A stretch of DNA of 64,000 nucleotides from Nemertoderma westbladi (GCA_032718475.1 JAUCBJ010009048.1:62001-126000); one strand, 5' to 3'. Positions 1 to 12,258 are shown, counted from the first letter of the stretch. Translations and numbers: made by a program. Notes: generated by a model from the sequence alone, not told the origin.

Positions 1-262
1 TTATTTTCGGTAAAATATACTTATCATTCGAGGTTAAGACCCCTAGATCCCTTCCTATAATAATTGTATAATAACAAACACCTCGAAAAATACAGCTTGC
101 CAACACATTGTTACTATCAATAATAAAAATATTTCGAATATCGCACATCGAATCTTTCCTAACATTTTTATTCAACAACTACAGTAGATACTACTGTAAT
201 TGATAAATAGTCGCGTTTACAATTTTCCGATACACCCAAGAGGTTTGAAGCCATTTTGTGGT

Positions 263-307
263 TATACATACATACAAACATACATATGTTGTATGTATGT
301 ATGTATA
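263..307. repeat. Inverted (TACA)n/(TGTA)n microsatellite
   Basis: tatacatacatacaaacatacatatgttgtatgtatgtatgtata read directly. Confidence 0.75.
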
Positions 308-664
308 ATATTGACTATTAAGCATGAAAAACAAATGCACTACAAATTAAAAAATTTAGATAACAATTACAGTGAAACAAAGGAATAAATTGAATAAGTA
401 CAGTAAAACAGTAGACGTGTAAGAAATAACTAATAGTCAAAGAAAATAATGTTTATATTGGGTTAAATATAATTAATAGTGAATTTAGGTATAAATAAGT
501 TATGCATTGTGAAGAAATAACATACGTTAACATATAAATAGTATACTAAGTGATATTATTAATGAAACTTATCTTGTATATAAGGTTGGTACCTACTGAC
601 CTACTGCTGTACCTACTGCTGTACTGCAATATCTGCTGTCAGGCTGTGGTTTTCGAGGCGTGGT

Positions 665-1807
665 ATGGCCTCAGGTTCCACCTCTGCTGCGATTTGTACT
701 AAGAAGCACTGTCTTCATATAAAGAATGACGTTTTGGCGTATCTTTGGACATCTCACATTAAGGGTTACACGAGAGATAGCACCGTGGCTATAGTCCAAT
801 CATGGCCGAAGTTTTCAGACGCTACTCTTAAAGAGGCTAAACAGGTTATTATTAATCTGATCCCTACATCTGATAGAAACAAGGCGAAACAGGGGTTTGT
901 CAAATCTCGACAAAGTGGCGATTCTCTGCGACGTCTATTAATTCAAGATATTCTGGATATCTTCGATTACCCAGGATATGTTGAAGCTAACAGCTCGGAA
1001 GAGCTTGTAACTGAGTTTATCCCAAGCGATATTACGGTCCTTCCGCCGTTTTCCCTGTGCGAGTCAGATACTGCGCTGCTTCTGCACATGGTGAGCCGTC
1101 TTCAGGATCGTTTAGCGATCGTAGAGGGAATCTGTACTCCGCAGAACCCATCGGTTCCTACGACAACGGCCTTGACGAGGACGAACAGTTTGATCGGTCC
1201 AGTTGCCAATAATAGTCAGAAAACTTACTCGGATGCTGCCCGTAGTGGGGGACCTGTGGGTGCACCTCGTAACGTTACAGCTGACGTCATTGTCTGTCCC
1301 ACGGACGACGATTCCAATAACGGTTTCATAGTTGTTGGCCACGATGGGCGCCATCGCCCAATTAAACCCCCAAGGGCGGCTGCTGGTACTACGGTATCTG
1401 CAAAATCGGGACCATCTCACAACCAGCAACTCTCAAGGAAGTATATTCGCAGGAAATTCGTACAGGGTTCTTCTCAGACTACGGCATTTCCTACTTTTCA
1501 ACCCATAAGGAAGCTCTACCTTACTGGGTGTGGACCAGATGTAGAGGCATCTGTCATCGAGAAGTACGTCAAGGAATCGTTTGATTTTTCCATCACCGCT
1601 GAGCGCATTAACCGGGAGAGTAACCAAGCCTCGTTTATTCTCAGCTGCTCTAACGACACCGATCGTGATCGACTTATGGATGGTTCCTCCTGGCCACGGA
1701 ATGCAAGAATTAATAAATATTTCCCACCCAGGTTTTCTGGTACTAGGGAAGGCCGGGTCTCAGAGAGAGTTTCAGATGGAGCTTCGGCTACATCTGCTAA
1801 TATTTAA
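665..1807 (+). CDS. LINE ORF1 protein (380 aa)
   Basis: Directly upstream of the APE-RT ORF. C-terminal RRM-like segment (LYLTGCGPDV...SFILS...WPRNARI) of the LINE ORF1 type. Confidence 0.8.
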   Translation: MASGSTSAAICTKKHCLHIKNDVLAYLWTSHIKGYTRDSTVAIVQSWPKFSDATLKEAKQVIINLIPTSDRNKAKQGFVKSRQSGDSLRRLLIQDILDIFDYPGYVEANSSEELVTEFIPSDITVLPPFSLCESDTALLLHMVSRLQDRLAIVEGICTPQNPSVPTTTALTRTNSLIGPVANNSQKTYSDAARSGGPVGAPRNVTADVIVCPTDDDSNNGFIVVGHDGRHRPIKPPRAAAGTTVSAKSGPSHNQQLSRKYIRRKFVQGSSQTTAFPTFQPIRKLYLTGCGPDVEASVIEKYVKESFDFSITAERINRESNQASFILSCSNDTDRDRLMDGSSWPRNARINKYFPPRFSGTREGRVSERVSDGASATSANI

Positions 1808-2021
1808 ATGCAGTTATCATCTCGATATGCCCAGTTGGTTTCTTTATAATTACATACACTTGTTTTTTTATAAGTTTCCTTCATTTGCAATTCACTTGTA
1901 GATAAATATTTTCCGGTATATGATATATATATATATAATTTTTGCCTACTTTTACTAATTATGGTTTTTGTGTTTTTTGCAATTTTTACATTTGTATATA
2001 TAATCTATTTAACAACTAACA

Positions 2022-4853
2022 ATGGAGTCTCATATTCTGAAGATAGCTAGTTATAATTGTAATTCAGTCCGTAGAGTGGAGTCTTGTGCATTCATTAAAG
2101 ACATGTGTAACACGGGCTGTGACATAGTATTACTTCAAGAAACGATGGTTCCTAAACAGGAACTTTCGTTATTTATGGATATCCATCCTAATTTTTTGGG
2201 CAGAGGGTTCTCTACTACAGACTACGCTGATGGGCTCTTACGTGGTAGAATTAAGGGTGGCTTGGCGTTTCTGTGGAAGAGGTCTATTGCCCATGCATTT
2301 AATGTTGTTGATTTTAACGATGATAGAATTCTTGGTGCTACAATTAAGATTAACAATAATGATACTCTTCTTATTTTGAATGTGTATTTACCATACGAAT
2401 GTCCTGATAACTGTGAAGCTTACAGTGTATGCTTAGGTAATCTGAAATCCTATATTGAGACGGAATCGTTCTCCCATTGCTGTGTACTAGGCGATTTCAA
2501 TGCCGATCCCTCACGTACTTTTTTTAAGGAACTGGTGCAGTGGTGCGAAGGGATTGATTTTATTATTGCTGATATTAATGTACTCCCTAATAACTCATTT
2601 ACTTATGTAAGTGATGCTCATGGCTCTACATCTTGGTTGGATCACATTTTGTGCTCTGTTCCCACTATGTCCTTTATTAATTTAATTTATGTAAACTATG
2701 ATTTGTCTGTGCGGGATCATATGCCTATATGTATGGAATTTAACGTAACGGTTATTACGCCGCCTACTGGCATTACTGATGCAAATGACTTACATAAAAA
2801 AGTACACTGTCAACATTTTGACTGGTCACATACCACGAAGAATAACTTACATAGCTACTGTAGTAGTGTTCACCGTATGCTTGATGACGTCATTGACTAT
2901 GACTTACTGTCCTGTCACGACTCTAAGTGTGCAAATCACCGTGAGGCTATTGACAGCTTATACGACAAATTAGTTCGGGCCTTAACAGCTTCATCAAATG
3001 AATTTATAAAATCAACATCCGGGTCTTCATCTAACCGGCACATCCCGGGATGGAACGACCAGGTAAAAGAAAAATACAGTCAATCTCGAAACGCTTTCAA
3101 GCTTTGGCGTGAATGCGGTTCACCTAGGACTGGCCCTATTTTTCAAGAATACTTAAAAAGCAAAGCGCAGTTCAAGCTGGCTTTGAGACATTGTAAGCGC
3201 AATGAAAATAATATTCGTAATGAACGTATGGCGAAGGCCATGTTATCAGACCAGACGAAGGACTTCTGGACCCAAATTCGGACACACACTGCCGATAAAG
3301 TTCCCTTTCCAAACAAGGTTGATAATTGTGTTGGTGCAATTAATATTTGTAATATGTGGAAAGTTCATTTTGATCAGCTGTTTAACTGTGTAAATGATGA
3401 TTCCGAACGTGATTACGTTAATAATTATATTAATGCTAATATAAGTGTAGATATCCCAATGGTCTCTGACCGTGAAGTCTTAGATGCTGTATTTAGCCTA
3501 CCTACCGGTAAAGCCAGTGGCCCGGACGGGCTATGTGCAGAGCATTTTATTGAGGGTTGTAGCAAGACCCTAATTAATACTTTAGCTGTTTTAATTAATG
3601 CTATGCTGTCTCATGGCTATATGCCTCAAAGTATGATTGGTTCCACGGTTCTTCCTCTTATTAAGGATAGAACTGCGGATATTACCAATAAGGACAACTA
3701 TAGAGGTATTTCTCTTGGTGCAGTTCTAGGAAAGATTGTTGAGAAAATAATTCTAAATCGGTGTATTGACCGTTTGCAAACTTCAGCGAACCAGTTTGGA
3801 TTCAAATCCAATTCAGGTACGGAAACATGTATTTATTCTATTAAAGAAATAATTAATTACTATCTCTATCACAATACACCTATTTACATTTGCATGTTGG
3901 ACGCGTCGAAGGCGTTCGATCGTATAAATCACTTCAAACTTTTCCGTAAGTTACTAGACCGTGGAGTTCCAGTATATATTGTGCGGCTAATATCTTTTTG
4001 GTATAGGAACCAATATATGCGTATACTTTGGGATGGTGTTTTCTCTTCTAATTTTACAGTGTCTAACGGCACTAAACAAGGAGGTATATTAAGTCCTTAC
4101 TTTTTTAATTTATATGTAGATGATCTTAGTATATTATTAACCAACAGTGGTGTTGGCTGTAAAGTGGGTTCTTTACGAGTCAATCACATACTGTATGCAG
4201 ATGACCTTTGTTTGATCTCTACATCAATTTATGGTTTGCAAAATTTAGTTAACACCGCTGTTAAATTTGCCAACTGTCATTCAATGCTTTTCAATGTTAA
4301 AAAAACGAAATGTATATATTTTTTGCCGAAATCTCATTCAGGTATTCCGTTATGTAGAATCCGTTTATATGGTGCATATATTCCAATTGTTGATAATTTT
4401 AACTATTTAGGACATATTCTTCACTCTACTACTGACGATGATTACGACATAACTAAACAAATGCATTGCTTGTATGCCAGAGCAAATGTTTTAGTTAGGA
4501 AGTTCAGTACCGCTCCTTTACCGGTAAAAGTAACTCTTTTTCGGGCATATTGCACCCCTATATATTGTAACAGTCTGTGGAATGCTCATAACTATTCACA
4601 GATATGTTACAATAAGATTCGGGTGGCTTACAATAATTGTGCACGTTTTTTGTTTAATATTCCGCGGGTTACCGACGGTGAACCTACAAGTATGTCTCTA
4701 CAATTCGGAAGGTTAAACCTTCCAATGTTTTGCCATATTCGGTACCGTTCCAAACAAAGTTTATTGCGTAGAATTGACACAACTTGCAATTCTATTTTAC
4801 GTGAGATCTCGCGTATTTGTAGTATTAACTCAATATCACGTATTCTTTCTTAG
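2022..4853 (+). CDS. LINE ORF2: AP endonuclease + reverse transcriptase (943 aa)
   Basis: APE motifs SYNCNS, LQET, GDFNA, WLDH, DH. RT motifs NYRGISL, QFGFK, LDASKAFD, GTKQGGILSP, YADD, YLG. Confidence 0.97.
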   Translation: MESHILKIASYNCNSVRRVESCAFIKDMCNTGCDIVLLQETMVPKQELSLFMDIHPNFLGRGFSTTDYADGLLRGRIKGGLAFLWKRSIAHAFNVVDFNDDRILGATIKINNNDTLLILNVYLPYECPDNCEAYSVCLGNLKSYIETESFSHCCVLGDFNADPSRTFFKELVQWCEGIDFIIADINVLPNNSFTYVSDAHGSTSWLDHILCSVPTMSFINLIYVNYDLSVRDHMPICMEFNVTVITPPTGITDANDLHKKVHCQHFDWSHTTKNNLHSYCSSVHRMLDDVIDYDLLSCHDSKCANHREAIDSLYDKLVRALTASSNEFIKSTSGSSSNRHIPGWNDQVKEKYSQSRNAFKLWRECGSPRTGPIFQEYLKSKAQFKLALRHCKRNENNIRNERMAKAMLSDQTKDFWTQIRTHTADKVPFPNKVDNCVGAINICNMWKVHFDQLFNCVNDDSERDYVNNYINANISVDIPMVSDREVLDAVFSLPTGKASGPDGLCAEHFIEGCSKTLINTLAVLINAMLSHGYMPQSMIGSTVLPLIKDRTADITNKDNYRGISLGAVLGKIVEKIILNRCIDRLQTSANQFGFKSNSGTETCIYSIKEIINYYLYHNTPIYICMLDASKAFDRINHFKLFRKLLDRGVPVYIVRLISFWYRNQYMRILWDGVFSSNFTVSNGTKQGGILSPYFFNLYVDDLSILLTNSGVGCKVGSLRVNHILYADDLCLISTSIYGLQNLVNTAVKFANCHSMLFNVKKTKCIYFLPKSHSGIPLCRIRLYGAYIPIVDNFNYLGHILHSTTDDDYDITKQMHCLYARANVLVRKFSTAPLPVKVTLFRAYCTPIYCNSLWNAHNYSQICYNKIRVAYNNCARFLFNIPRVTDGEPTSMSLQFGRLNLPMFCHIRYRSKQSLLRRIDTTCNSILREISRICSINSISRILS

Positions 4854-5222
4854 GTATGATTTCAGTGACCTACTTACTCATACTCTGTGCTTGATTTGTT
4901 GTGTGCTTGTTTTACTCGTTTTTATGGGCTAAGGCCTGGATTAAAGGTAATAATAATAATAATATAAATTACATACGTGAAAATATATTTATGAAAGTAC
5001 GGTATACAGTAATTATATTTCAAACATTAATTATATAAATAAATTATATCGTATAAATAAATTACGCTTTTTTAAGCCCTTATATAGAGATATAAATAGT
5101 TTGTACAGTATAAATATATTACATGTTAATTGGTATATTAATATATTATAAAATAGATATTATAATATTGAAAGTAATAAATATATTGTATAAGTACAGT
5201 ATATAAATTTATGAAAGTAAAT

Positions 5223-5970
5223 ACGGTGTCAGATTAATAAGTTTGTTATAGTCGTACGTACAGTAGTACAACGGTGTCAGATTAATAAGTTTGTTATGGG
5301 CCGGTACGTACAGTAGTACAACGGTGTCAGATTAATAAGTTTGTTATGGGCCGGTACGTACAGTAGTACAACGGTGTCAGATTAATAAGTTTGTTATGGA
5401 CCGGTACGTACAGCAGTACAACGGTGTCAGATTAATAAGTTTGTTATGGGCCGGTACGTACAGTAGTACAACGGTGTCAGATTAATAAGTTTGTTATAGG
5501 CCGGTACGTACAGTAGTACAACGGTGTCAGATTAATAAGTTTGTTATGGGCCGGTACGTACAGTAGTACAACGGTGTCAGATTAATAAGTTTGTTATGGG
5601 CCGGTACGTACAGTAGTACAACGGTGTCAGATTAATAAGTTTGTTATAGGCCGGTACGTACAGTAGTACAACGGTGTCAGATTAATAAGTTTGTTATGGG
5701 CCGGTACGTACAGTAGTACAACGGTGTCAGATTAATAAGTTTGTTATGGGCCGGTACGTACAGTAGTACAACGGTGTCAGATTAATAAGTTTGTTATAGG
5801 TCGGTACGTACAGTAGTACAATGGTGTCAGATTAATAAGTTTGTTATGGGCCGGTACGTACAGTAGTACAACGGTGTCAGATTAATAAGTTTGTTATAGG
5901 CCGGTACGTACAGTAGTACAACGGTGTCAGATTAATAAGTTTGTTATGGGCCGGTACGTACAGTAGTAGA
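5223..5970. repeat. 50-bp tandem minisatellite, ~15 copies
   Basis: Unit acggtgtcagattaataagtttgttatgggccggtacgtacagtagtaca, near-identical copies, no spacers. Confidence 0.97.
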
Positions 5971-5989
5971 ATAATTAATTTAAACAGTA

Positions 5990-8900
5990 CGTAAAAGGTT
6001 TCAAAGATACACTAAACAATCGTATTAGTTTCACGGGGTTCCGGGTTAGGTGGCATTGCTTTAATGTTTTTCGGACGTGATTTAGTTTCGATATATAAGT
6101 GGGAGGAGTGCCCGTGATGTTGTTAAATATTTCTGAGACTGAGTGGGGGTTTTTTGCTCCGAGAAAATCTTGACGGGAGGCAGAATAATTGGGGATTTGA
6201 AGGAGATAATGTTCTTCGTCTTCAACAGTGCCTCAGGTACAGAGACGTTTGTCACGAGGACGAGGTGTCCTTGAGTATCTTCCTTTCTCTATCTTTAGTT
6301 CGTGAGAACTCGTACACAAACGTGCGTATGCTGTGATGTCTCCCGATGAGTACATTTGGCCGTAGGCCGTTGGTCTTGTTAGCGTTGGGTTTATTTGGAG
6401 GTAGGTTATATATTTGGATTTGCCATTATCTGCTTTCTTGGTAATTGATACTCTTAACGAATTCATTATCTCAGATTCTGCTTTTGTGGCGTCTAGTGTT
6501 TGAGCACATGATACTAGAGAATCTACAAATAGGGGTGCAGCATTGCTTTTGTCTAATAGCAAGGATAGTAGAGGGTCGTCTGTAGTATCTCCATCTCCCT
6601 CTAAAATGTGTTTTATTAACTTGGCAGTTCGGGTTTTAATGACAGAAGTAATAGTTGGACGACCGAGTTCTATATAAACAAGTTCCCTAGATGTGGAGGG
6701 TTTTAGACCAAGTATGGTTTTTAGAACTTTCCTATATTGAATTTCAATCTAGATAAGTTGATGTTGCCCCAGGCTTCGCAATTGTATAATATTCAATTTG
6801 TGAGACATGCATGCATCAAGGACTTTTTCTTTGACTTTTAGGGGGGGCGTAAACATTTTCTCTGAGAAATGCGTAGAATTTTATGAAGTGTTTCTGTCTT
6901 CTTTTGATGTCGAGCATAAACATGTCTGTGAGTTTACCGGAAGCGCAGAGACCGGAACCAAGATAAACTTCAGCTGGAGATTGATAGATGCGACCACATT
7001 GCAAAGTGAAACGGTTGGTTTGATTGAATATAATTTTATTTAGGGCCAGTACAGCACATTTTTTAGGGTTGCGTTTAATGAAATTATCGTTGCAGTATGT
7101 TTCCAGAGCCATAAGTTTATTTTCCGCGGACTGACGGTTGGATGCTAATAACAGTGTGTCATAGGCGTGAATTAATATGAGGGTATTGTTGATGATTTCC
7201 TCAAGAGTAAAATCTTTTGAATATAGCAATGAGTCGAATTGTGTAGAGTATAATAAGAATAGGACTATACGGGGCACTTGCTTTATTCCACTAAGGAGCA
7301 TGAATATTTCCGAAAAATCGCCATTGTGGTGAGTGGCTGCAGTCGTGTTAGTGTACAATTTACACTAACATAGCCATTAGTGCAGTGTGTAATACGATGC
7401 CACATCCAAGTTTGGCTAATTTTGTGAATAGAATTCGACGACTTATTTTGTCAAAATCGGTTAGTATTACGTATAAATCTTGTTTGCGTTGCTTTGCGAT
7501 GACTACTAGAAGGATACGTACTTAAAGAACATGTAAAATACAACTGCGACCTTTTCGGAATGCTCTTTGTGCTTTGGGGATGCGAAACCAGTTTGTTGGT
7601 GATTCTGGTACAGAGAATGGCGTCATATAGTTTGGCTAGTAATGGAAGCAATGATAATCCCCTTATAAAGTTGGGAATTTATAATTTCCCCTTTTTTGGT
7701 AATCCTATTAGTAAGCTATACAAACAAGAAGGATAGGCTCCGAAACCACCCCTAAAAATTAAGTTAAATAAACATAAGATGTATGGATGTAACATTGGCA
7801 TGACATTCTGAAGGGTTTTGGCAGATATTCCGTCGGAACTGCTACTGGATTTATTTAATTTATTTGCTGCTTCTGATATTTCTTCCTCTGATATATCGCG
7901 GTCAAGATTGGCATTCGGGAGGGAAATAATGTTATCAAAGTCGCATTCTTTATAATCGATGTCGAAGTGGTTCTCAAAGTGCTCTGCTAGTGTATTTGCG
8001 GTTACTGACGATGCAGAGGATTCCGGATTTGCACTGAATCGATGTATCTTGCCCTTATAATCTATTTTCTTCCATAAAAGTCTTGAATCTTGTTCCTTTA
8101 AGCATTCAGTCCAAGTTTTGAGTTCGTTATTTGACCAGTTACTAAGGTACTTTTTATCTGTGCCACCCAGTGCGTTAAATGGGGAATTTAAAACATTATT
8201 AATATTATCCTCTATATGTATCCTCCCACGTAATAGACTCGATATAGCTGATGATTATAAGGCTGATTGAAGTGCGTTTGCAAGAGTAATGGAGGTCATG
8301 TCAGATATTGATTGTAGTGGAGGTAAGAGTCTTGGTAGAATTTTCTGCATTGCTACTATATCTATTAGTTCGTGATGGAAGCTAGGCTGTTTGCTATGGT
8401 TACAAGGGTCATTGTTAATATCTATTGCGCCGGATAACATTGTAAGGAGACTTACATTTGCTTCAATTTTGTACGAAATAGACAATGGGATATGGTCTGT
8501 TGTTATAGGCGGTTGATTTTGCAAAATATTAAGTTCCAGTTTGTCCAAGTCAGTATTGGAATTTTGCAAAGGCACCAATCCAGTTGTGCCTCCATCGTTA
8601 GTAGTAAACTCGTAGTCGTAAACTAAGTGATTAATAGGTATCATGTCATCATTAACCCTATTAAACCCGGGGGGGGGGGGGGGTAAATATGACCCCATCC
8701 CGGTGGTTTTTTTTATTATAATTCTGAAACAAACGCAGTTGGGAATCTTAAATTTTATGACTTTTCCTAAAAATCTATTGTCGTCCTAGTAGTGAAAACC
8801 GTTTTCAAAAATATTGGGTAGTTTACGAGTTATAGCACCATTTTTTAACCCTACTTTTGGCACTTTTTTTTGAGACGTTTTTTGAAAATTACATTTCATT

Positions 8901-10900
8901 AAAATTTATTTTAAAATATTTTTGATTTACACCGGTTTTTTGGTGTTAGCAATTGGATGGAATTCATATAAATTGATTAAGAAATTTCAAACTTATTTTT
9001 TTCGACGGGTGCCAAATTTTGGTGCCAGCACCAAATTTTGAAATATGTCAATTTTATAAATTGATTGTTTGAAACTTGTTTTTTACGCAATTGGGGTTTT
9101 TGGGGGTTCTGGTTTCGATGAAATATATACGAGTTGCACCAAGCGTATCAAACATGTATTTTCCGGTGCTGTGTGCAAATTTTGGTGCTAGCACGAAATT
9201 TTGAAAATCCATTCAATAGATAAAATTGCTTGTGACAATTTATTTCTTGCATTTTAGAGGTTTATGGCTGTTCTGAATTCAATGGAATATATAATTATCG
9301 AACTAGACATCTCAAACTTGTATTTTTCGGAAGTGGGTGCAAAATCTGGTGCTAGCACCATATTTTGAAAACCATCAAATTTATCAATTGATTGTGTCAT
9401 CTTGTTTCTTGCGTTATACGGGTTTGTTAGGGTTCTGAATTCAATGGAATCAGTAAAAATGTCATAAAAGAGTTTTCAAACTTGTATTTTTCGCCGGTGG
9501 GTGAAAATTGTTGTGCCAGAACCAAATTTTGGAAAATGGGTAAATTGATCAGTAGATAGTATCATCTAGTTTCTTGCGTTATACGGGTTTATGAGGGTCC
9601 TGAATCCGATTGAATCAATAAAAACAGCACTGGACATAGCAAACTTGTACTTTTTGGTGATGGGTACGAAATTTGGTGCTAGCACCAAAATTTGCCAAAT
9701 TACGCCGAAAAATACAAGTAGCAATGATCTGGCATATTTGAAATGTATTCCATTAGAATCAGCGCCCTAGAAAACCTGAAAATGTGAATTTATAGCATCG
9801 TACTGTATAAGTAATTTAAAATTTTGTGTTCTAACTGAAGAAAAGTGCTGGTTACTTGTTTTTTACATTTTTTTCCTACGCATAGAGGACTAAACAGCTA
9901 TTTATGGTAAGCATATCATTTTTAAATATTTTCCAATGTATTTTGCGCCCCAGAAAACCTGTATTGAAAAACAATTAGCCGAAAAATGTAACTTTCAAAT
10001 GTTGTGAAAATTGTGCACTACTTGTAATTTTGGTGCTGCAATATTACCACCCCGGTACATTTTTTCGAAAATTTTTTTTTCGGTCGGATCCAGACTAGTG
10101 ATACCTACTACGCACAAACAAAAAATCAGACGTTTTCGTTAATATTTGTAGATTTTAGAGGGAAGGGTCAATATGACCCCCACCCCCCCCCCCCCCCCCC
10201 CCCCGGTATTTGTACAGCATTTTATAGCCCGGTACTAATAGGGTTAATAGACTCATGTCCTTGATTATGTTGAGCAATGTTGTGCCGTTGGTGTTTAATT
10301 TTTTCTCTCGGTTATGCGTAAATTTATAGGATGGACACACATCGTTCAAATTACCAAGTCTCGGGTTTAGTTCTCCTGTAATTATGGTGGGAAGGTTGTT
10401 GTAACTTTTCAAAATAAACTGGCTGATTAGGGAAGCAAAGTAGTGTTCTGTAAAGTACGGGGAGTCATATGGTGGGATATACATGAAAAGTAAAGACGAT
10501 CACGATCCATCTACTAAACGTAATTGAAAACAATCAGTATATAATGGTTCAACTGACAGAATTAAATGTTTCATTGATAAACAGTAAGAAATGGAGCAGC
10601 CACCAAGTAGGTAGAGCTCATTACAGTTTAAATCGGGAAAATTAACAGCATGGTAACCCTGTAAATTTAGATTACACTGGTTTTTTACAGTTTTGAGTTT
10701 CACAAAGAAATATTATATGAAAAATAAACAAAAACCGGTTTATATTCATGTTATTTAAAGTGTTAGTACCATTGATATTCCACGAAACAATGTTGAAGAC
10801 TTTTCTAAAAAACCGAGTTCGGTGTCTTCAAGCGGTCAACTTCAATGTCGTTCACATCCATACAAACATCCATCGGGTTTTTGCTGGCCTCAGCTTTAGA
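5990..10900 (-). mobile_element. Degraded RTEX-like LINE (APE-RT remnants), interrupted by a piggyBac-type element
   Basis: Fragments YIPPYDS..ITGELNPRLG and TDHIPLS (APE), LPLLAKLYD and HAYDTLLLA (RT), C-terminal TSSHELKIEKGRY..R.C; many stops and frameshifts. Similar to the LINE at 36848-41500. Confidence 0.85.
8656..10243. mobile_element. Non-autonomous piggyBac-type DNA transposon
   Basis: TTAA|CCCTATTA ... TAATAGGG|TTAA (TTAA at 8652-8655 and 10244-10247). Internal ~165-bp repeats with palindromic GGTGCTAGCACC. Splits the LINE endonuclease region. Confidence 0.88.
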
Positions 10901-11009
10901 CAAAACTACCCAGTCTAAAAGACAGGTTCGTTATAAATAATGTAATATTGGATGCCTTGACTACAAGTAATACTGGTATGATTTAAAATATAACTGTTAA
11001 AATTTCGAA

Positions 11010-11015
11010 TTTATT
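11010..11015 (-). promoter_or_regulatory. Putative polyadenylation signal of the GPCR
   Basis: AATAAA on the minus strand ~100 nt after the stop codon. Confidence 0.4.
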
Positions 11016-11117
11016 AACATGAACAATATCGTTAACAATCTTATTCCAGAATATGAACCGGGCACAATTATAATTAACCCTGAGTCACAATCAATCCCGG
11101 AGTCACAATGGTGTAAC

Positions 11118-12194
11118 TTACAGTGTAGTTTCTGGGGTGCTCCTTTGCTTCACCCTGGGTTGGGGTTTAATTTCGCAGACATTATTAATTTCTGCGCTGA
11201 CATTTCTTCTGATCTGAAACCAACGGAATACTTTGGAGCGTAAAATGTAAAACAGACGCCGGTATCTGTTACAGAAAATAAACGCAATTACAGGATCAAG
11301 TATAGTTGAACTATATGAGGTAAATACGATGGTACCTTGAATGTGTTTCAACGCTACATGATCTATATTAACAATAAATTCCCTTGGTAACAAATGCGCT
11401 ATATGTATGAAAACTTGAAAACTCCAGAACGGCAAATAACTTAATCCGAATGCCAATACAATAACAACTACCATTCTTGAGACTCTCGTATTACGGCGTT
11501 GAATAGAGCGCCTCGCCGCATTCAAGCCTCTTCCACTGCGTCTCATTGATTGGCGAAACATCTTCAGACTTCTCACCATTACTATATAAACAATTAATAT
11601 TATAAAGAGAGGCAAAACGTACAAGCATATGAATATGATGAAGATATATATTCTCAATAAACCTGTGGGCCAGATGCTGCCACAAAACACTCTATAAGTT
11701 GTTTTAACTTCCTTTGTAAAAATGCCAAAGGGGATAGATAACGCGATGCTGACAAACCAAATGACAGGGAAGACCCATTTGTATAGCTTTGTACTCATCT
11801 TCCGATTGGTCATTACTAGGAAACGCTCTACACTCATCCCAATCAAAGTTCCAATACTTGCTGCTATGGTCAAAACATCAAGTAAAAACACAATCCGACA
11901 GCCAGAATCTCCGAATATCCATGTGGCGTAGGCTGCATTGGTAGCCATTAAAGGACAACCCATTAGGTAGAGAAGGTCTGCTATCATGAGGTTACATGTC
12001 AGCCCGTCAATCATATAACGGCAACGCTGTTGCGATAATATGGACGTGAGCAGGGCGACAATTAAGCTAAACCCAAAGATAAAACAAATCGAATAAAGAG
12101 CAATCTTTATCTGAGATCCCGAAAACCTGATTACATCGGGAATGAATGCTTCACTCGAGTTTGCAGTGAATTCTACAACTGTAATATTTATCAT
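11118..12194 (-). CDS. Class A peptide GPCR, urotensin-II-receptor-like (358 aa, single coding exon)
   Basis: Seven hydrophobic segments; NLMIADLLYL (TM2), WIFGDSGCRIVFLLDVLTIAASIGTLIGMSVERF (TM3), SYLPFWSFQ (TM6), DPVIA (TM7); N-terminal N-glycosylation sequons NIT and NSS. Confidence 0.92.
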   Translation of the reverse strand: MINITVVEFTANSSEAFIPDVIRFSGSQIKIALYSICFIFGFSLIVALLTSILSQQRCRYMIDGLTCNLMIADLLYLMGCPLMATNAAYATWIFGDSGCRIVFLLDVLTIAASIGTLIGMSVERFLVMTNRKMSTKLYKWVFPVIWFVSIALSIPFGIFTKEVKTTYRVFCGSIWPTGLLRIYIFIIFICLYVLPLFIILIVYIVMVRSLKMFRQSMRRSGRGLNAARRSIQRRNTRVSRMVVVIVLAFGLSYLPFWSFQVFIHIAHLLPREFIVNIDHVALKHIQGTIVFTSYSSTILDPVIAFIFCNRYRRLFYILRSKVFRWFQIRRNVSAEINNVCEIKPQPRVKQRSTPETTL

Positions 12195-12233
12195 AATTAC
12201 TTTTTGTATTAAATATTAAATAAAAAAATTATA

Positions 12234-12258
12234 CTGCTGAGAAAGAACAGAGCAAAGA
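12234..12258 (-). promoter_or_regulatory. Putative splice acceptor (polypyrimidine tract + CAGCAG) upstream of the GPCR ATG
   Basis: Minus strand ctttgctctgttctttctcag/cag ~40 nt upstream of the ATG, implying a non-coding 5' exon further upstream. Confidence 0.5.

Larger units (their letters stand above)
584..4962 (+). mobile_element. Full-length, apparently intact non-LTR retrotransposon (APE-RT LINE, Proto2/L2-like clade)
   Basis: Two intact ORFs, (TAA)n tail at 4948-4962, short CCTACTG repeats in the 5' UTR, possible TATAA target duplication (579-583 / 4963-4967). Clade inferred from motifs only. Confidence 0.9.

Noticed and set aside
5223-5970. CRISPR-like array
   Set aside because: Head-to-tail identical units with no unique spacers, no cas genes, eukaryotic context.
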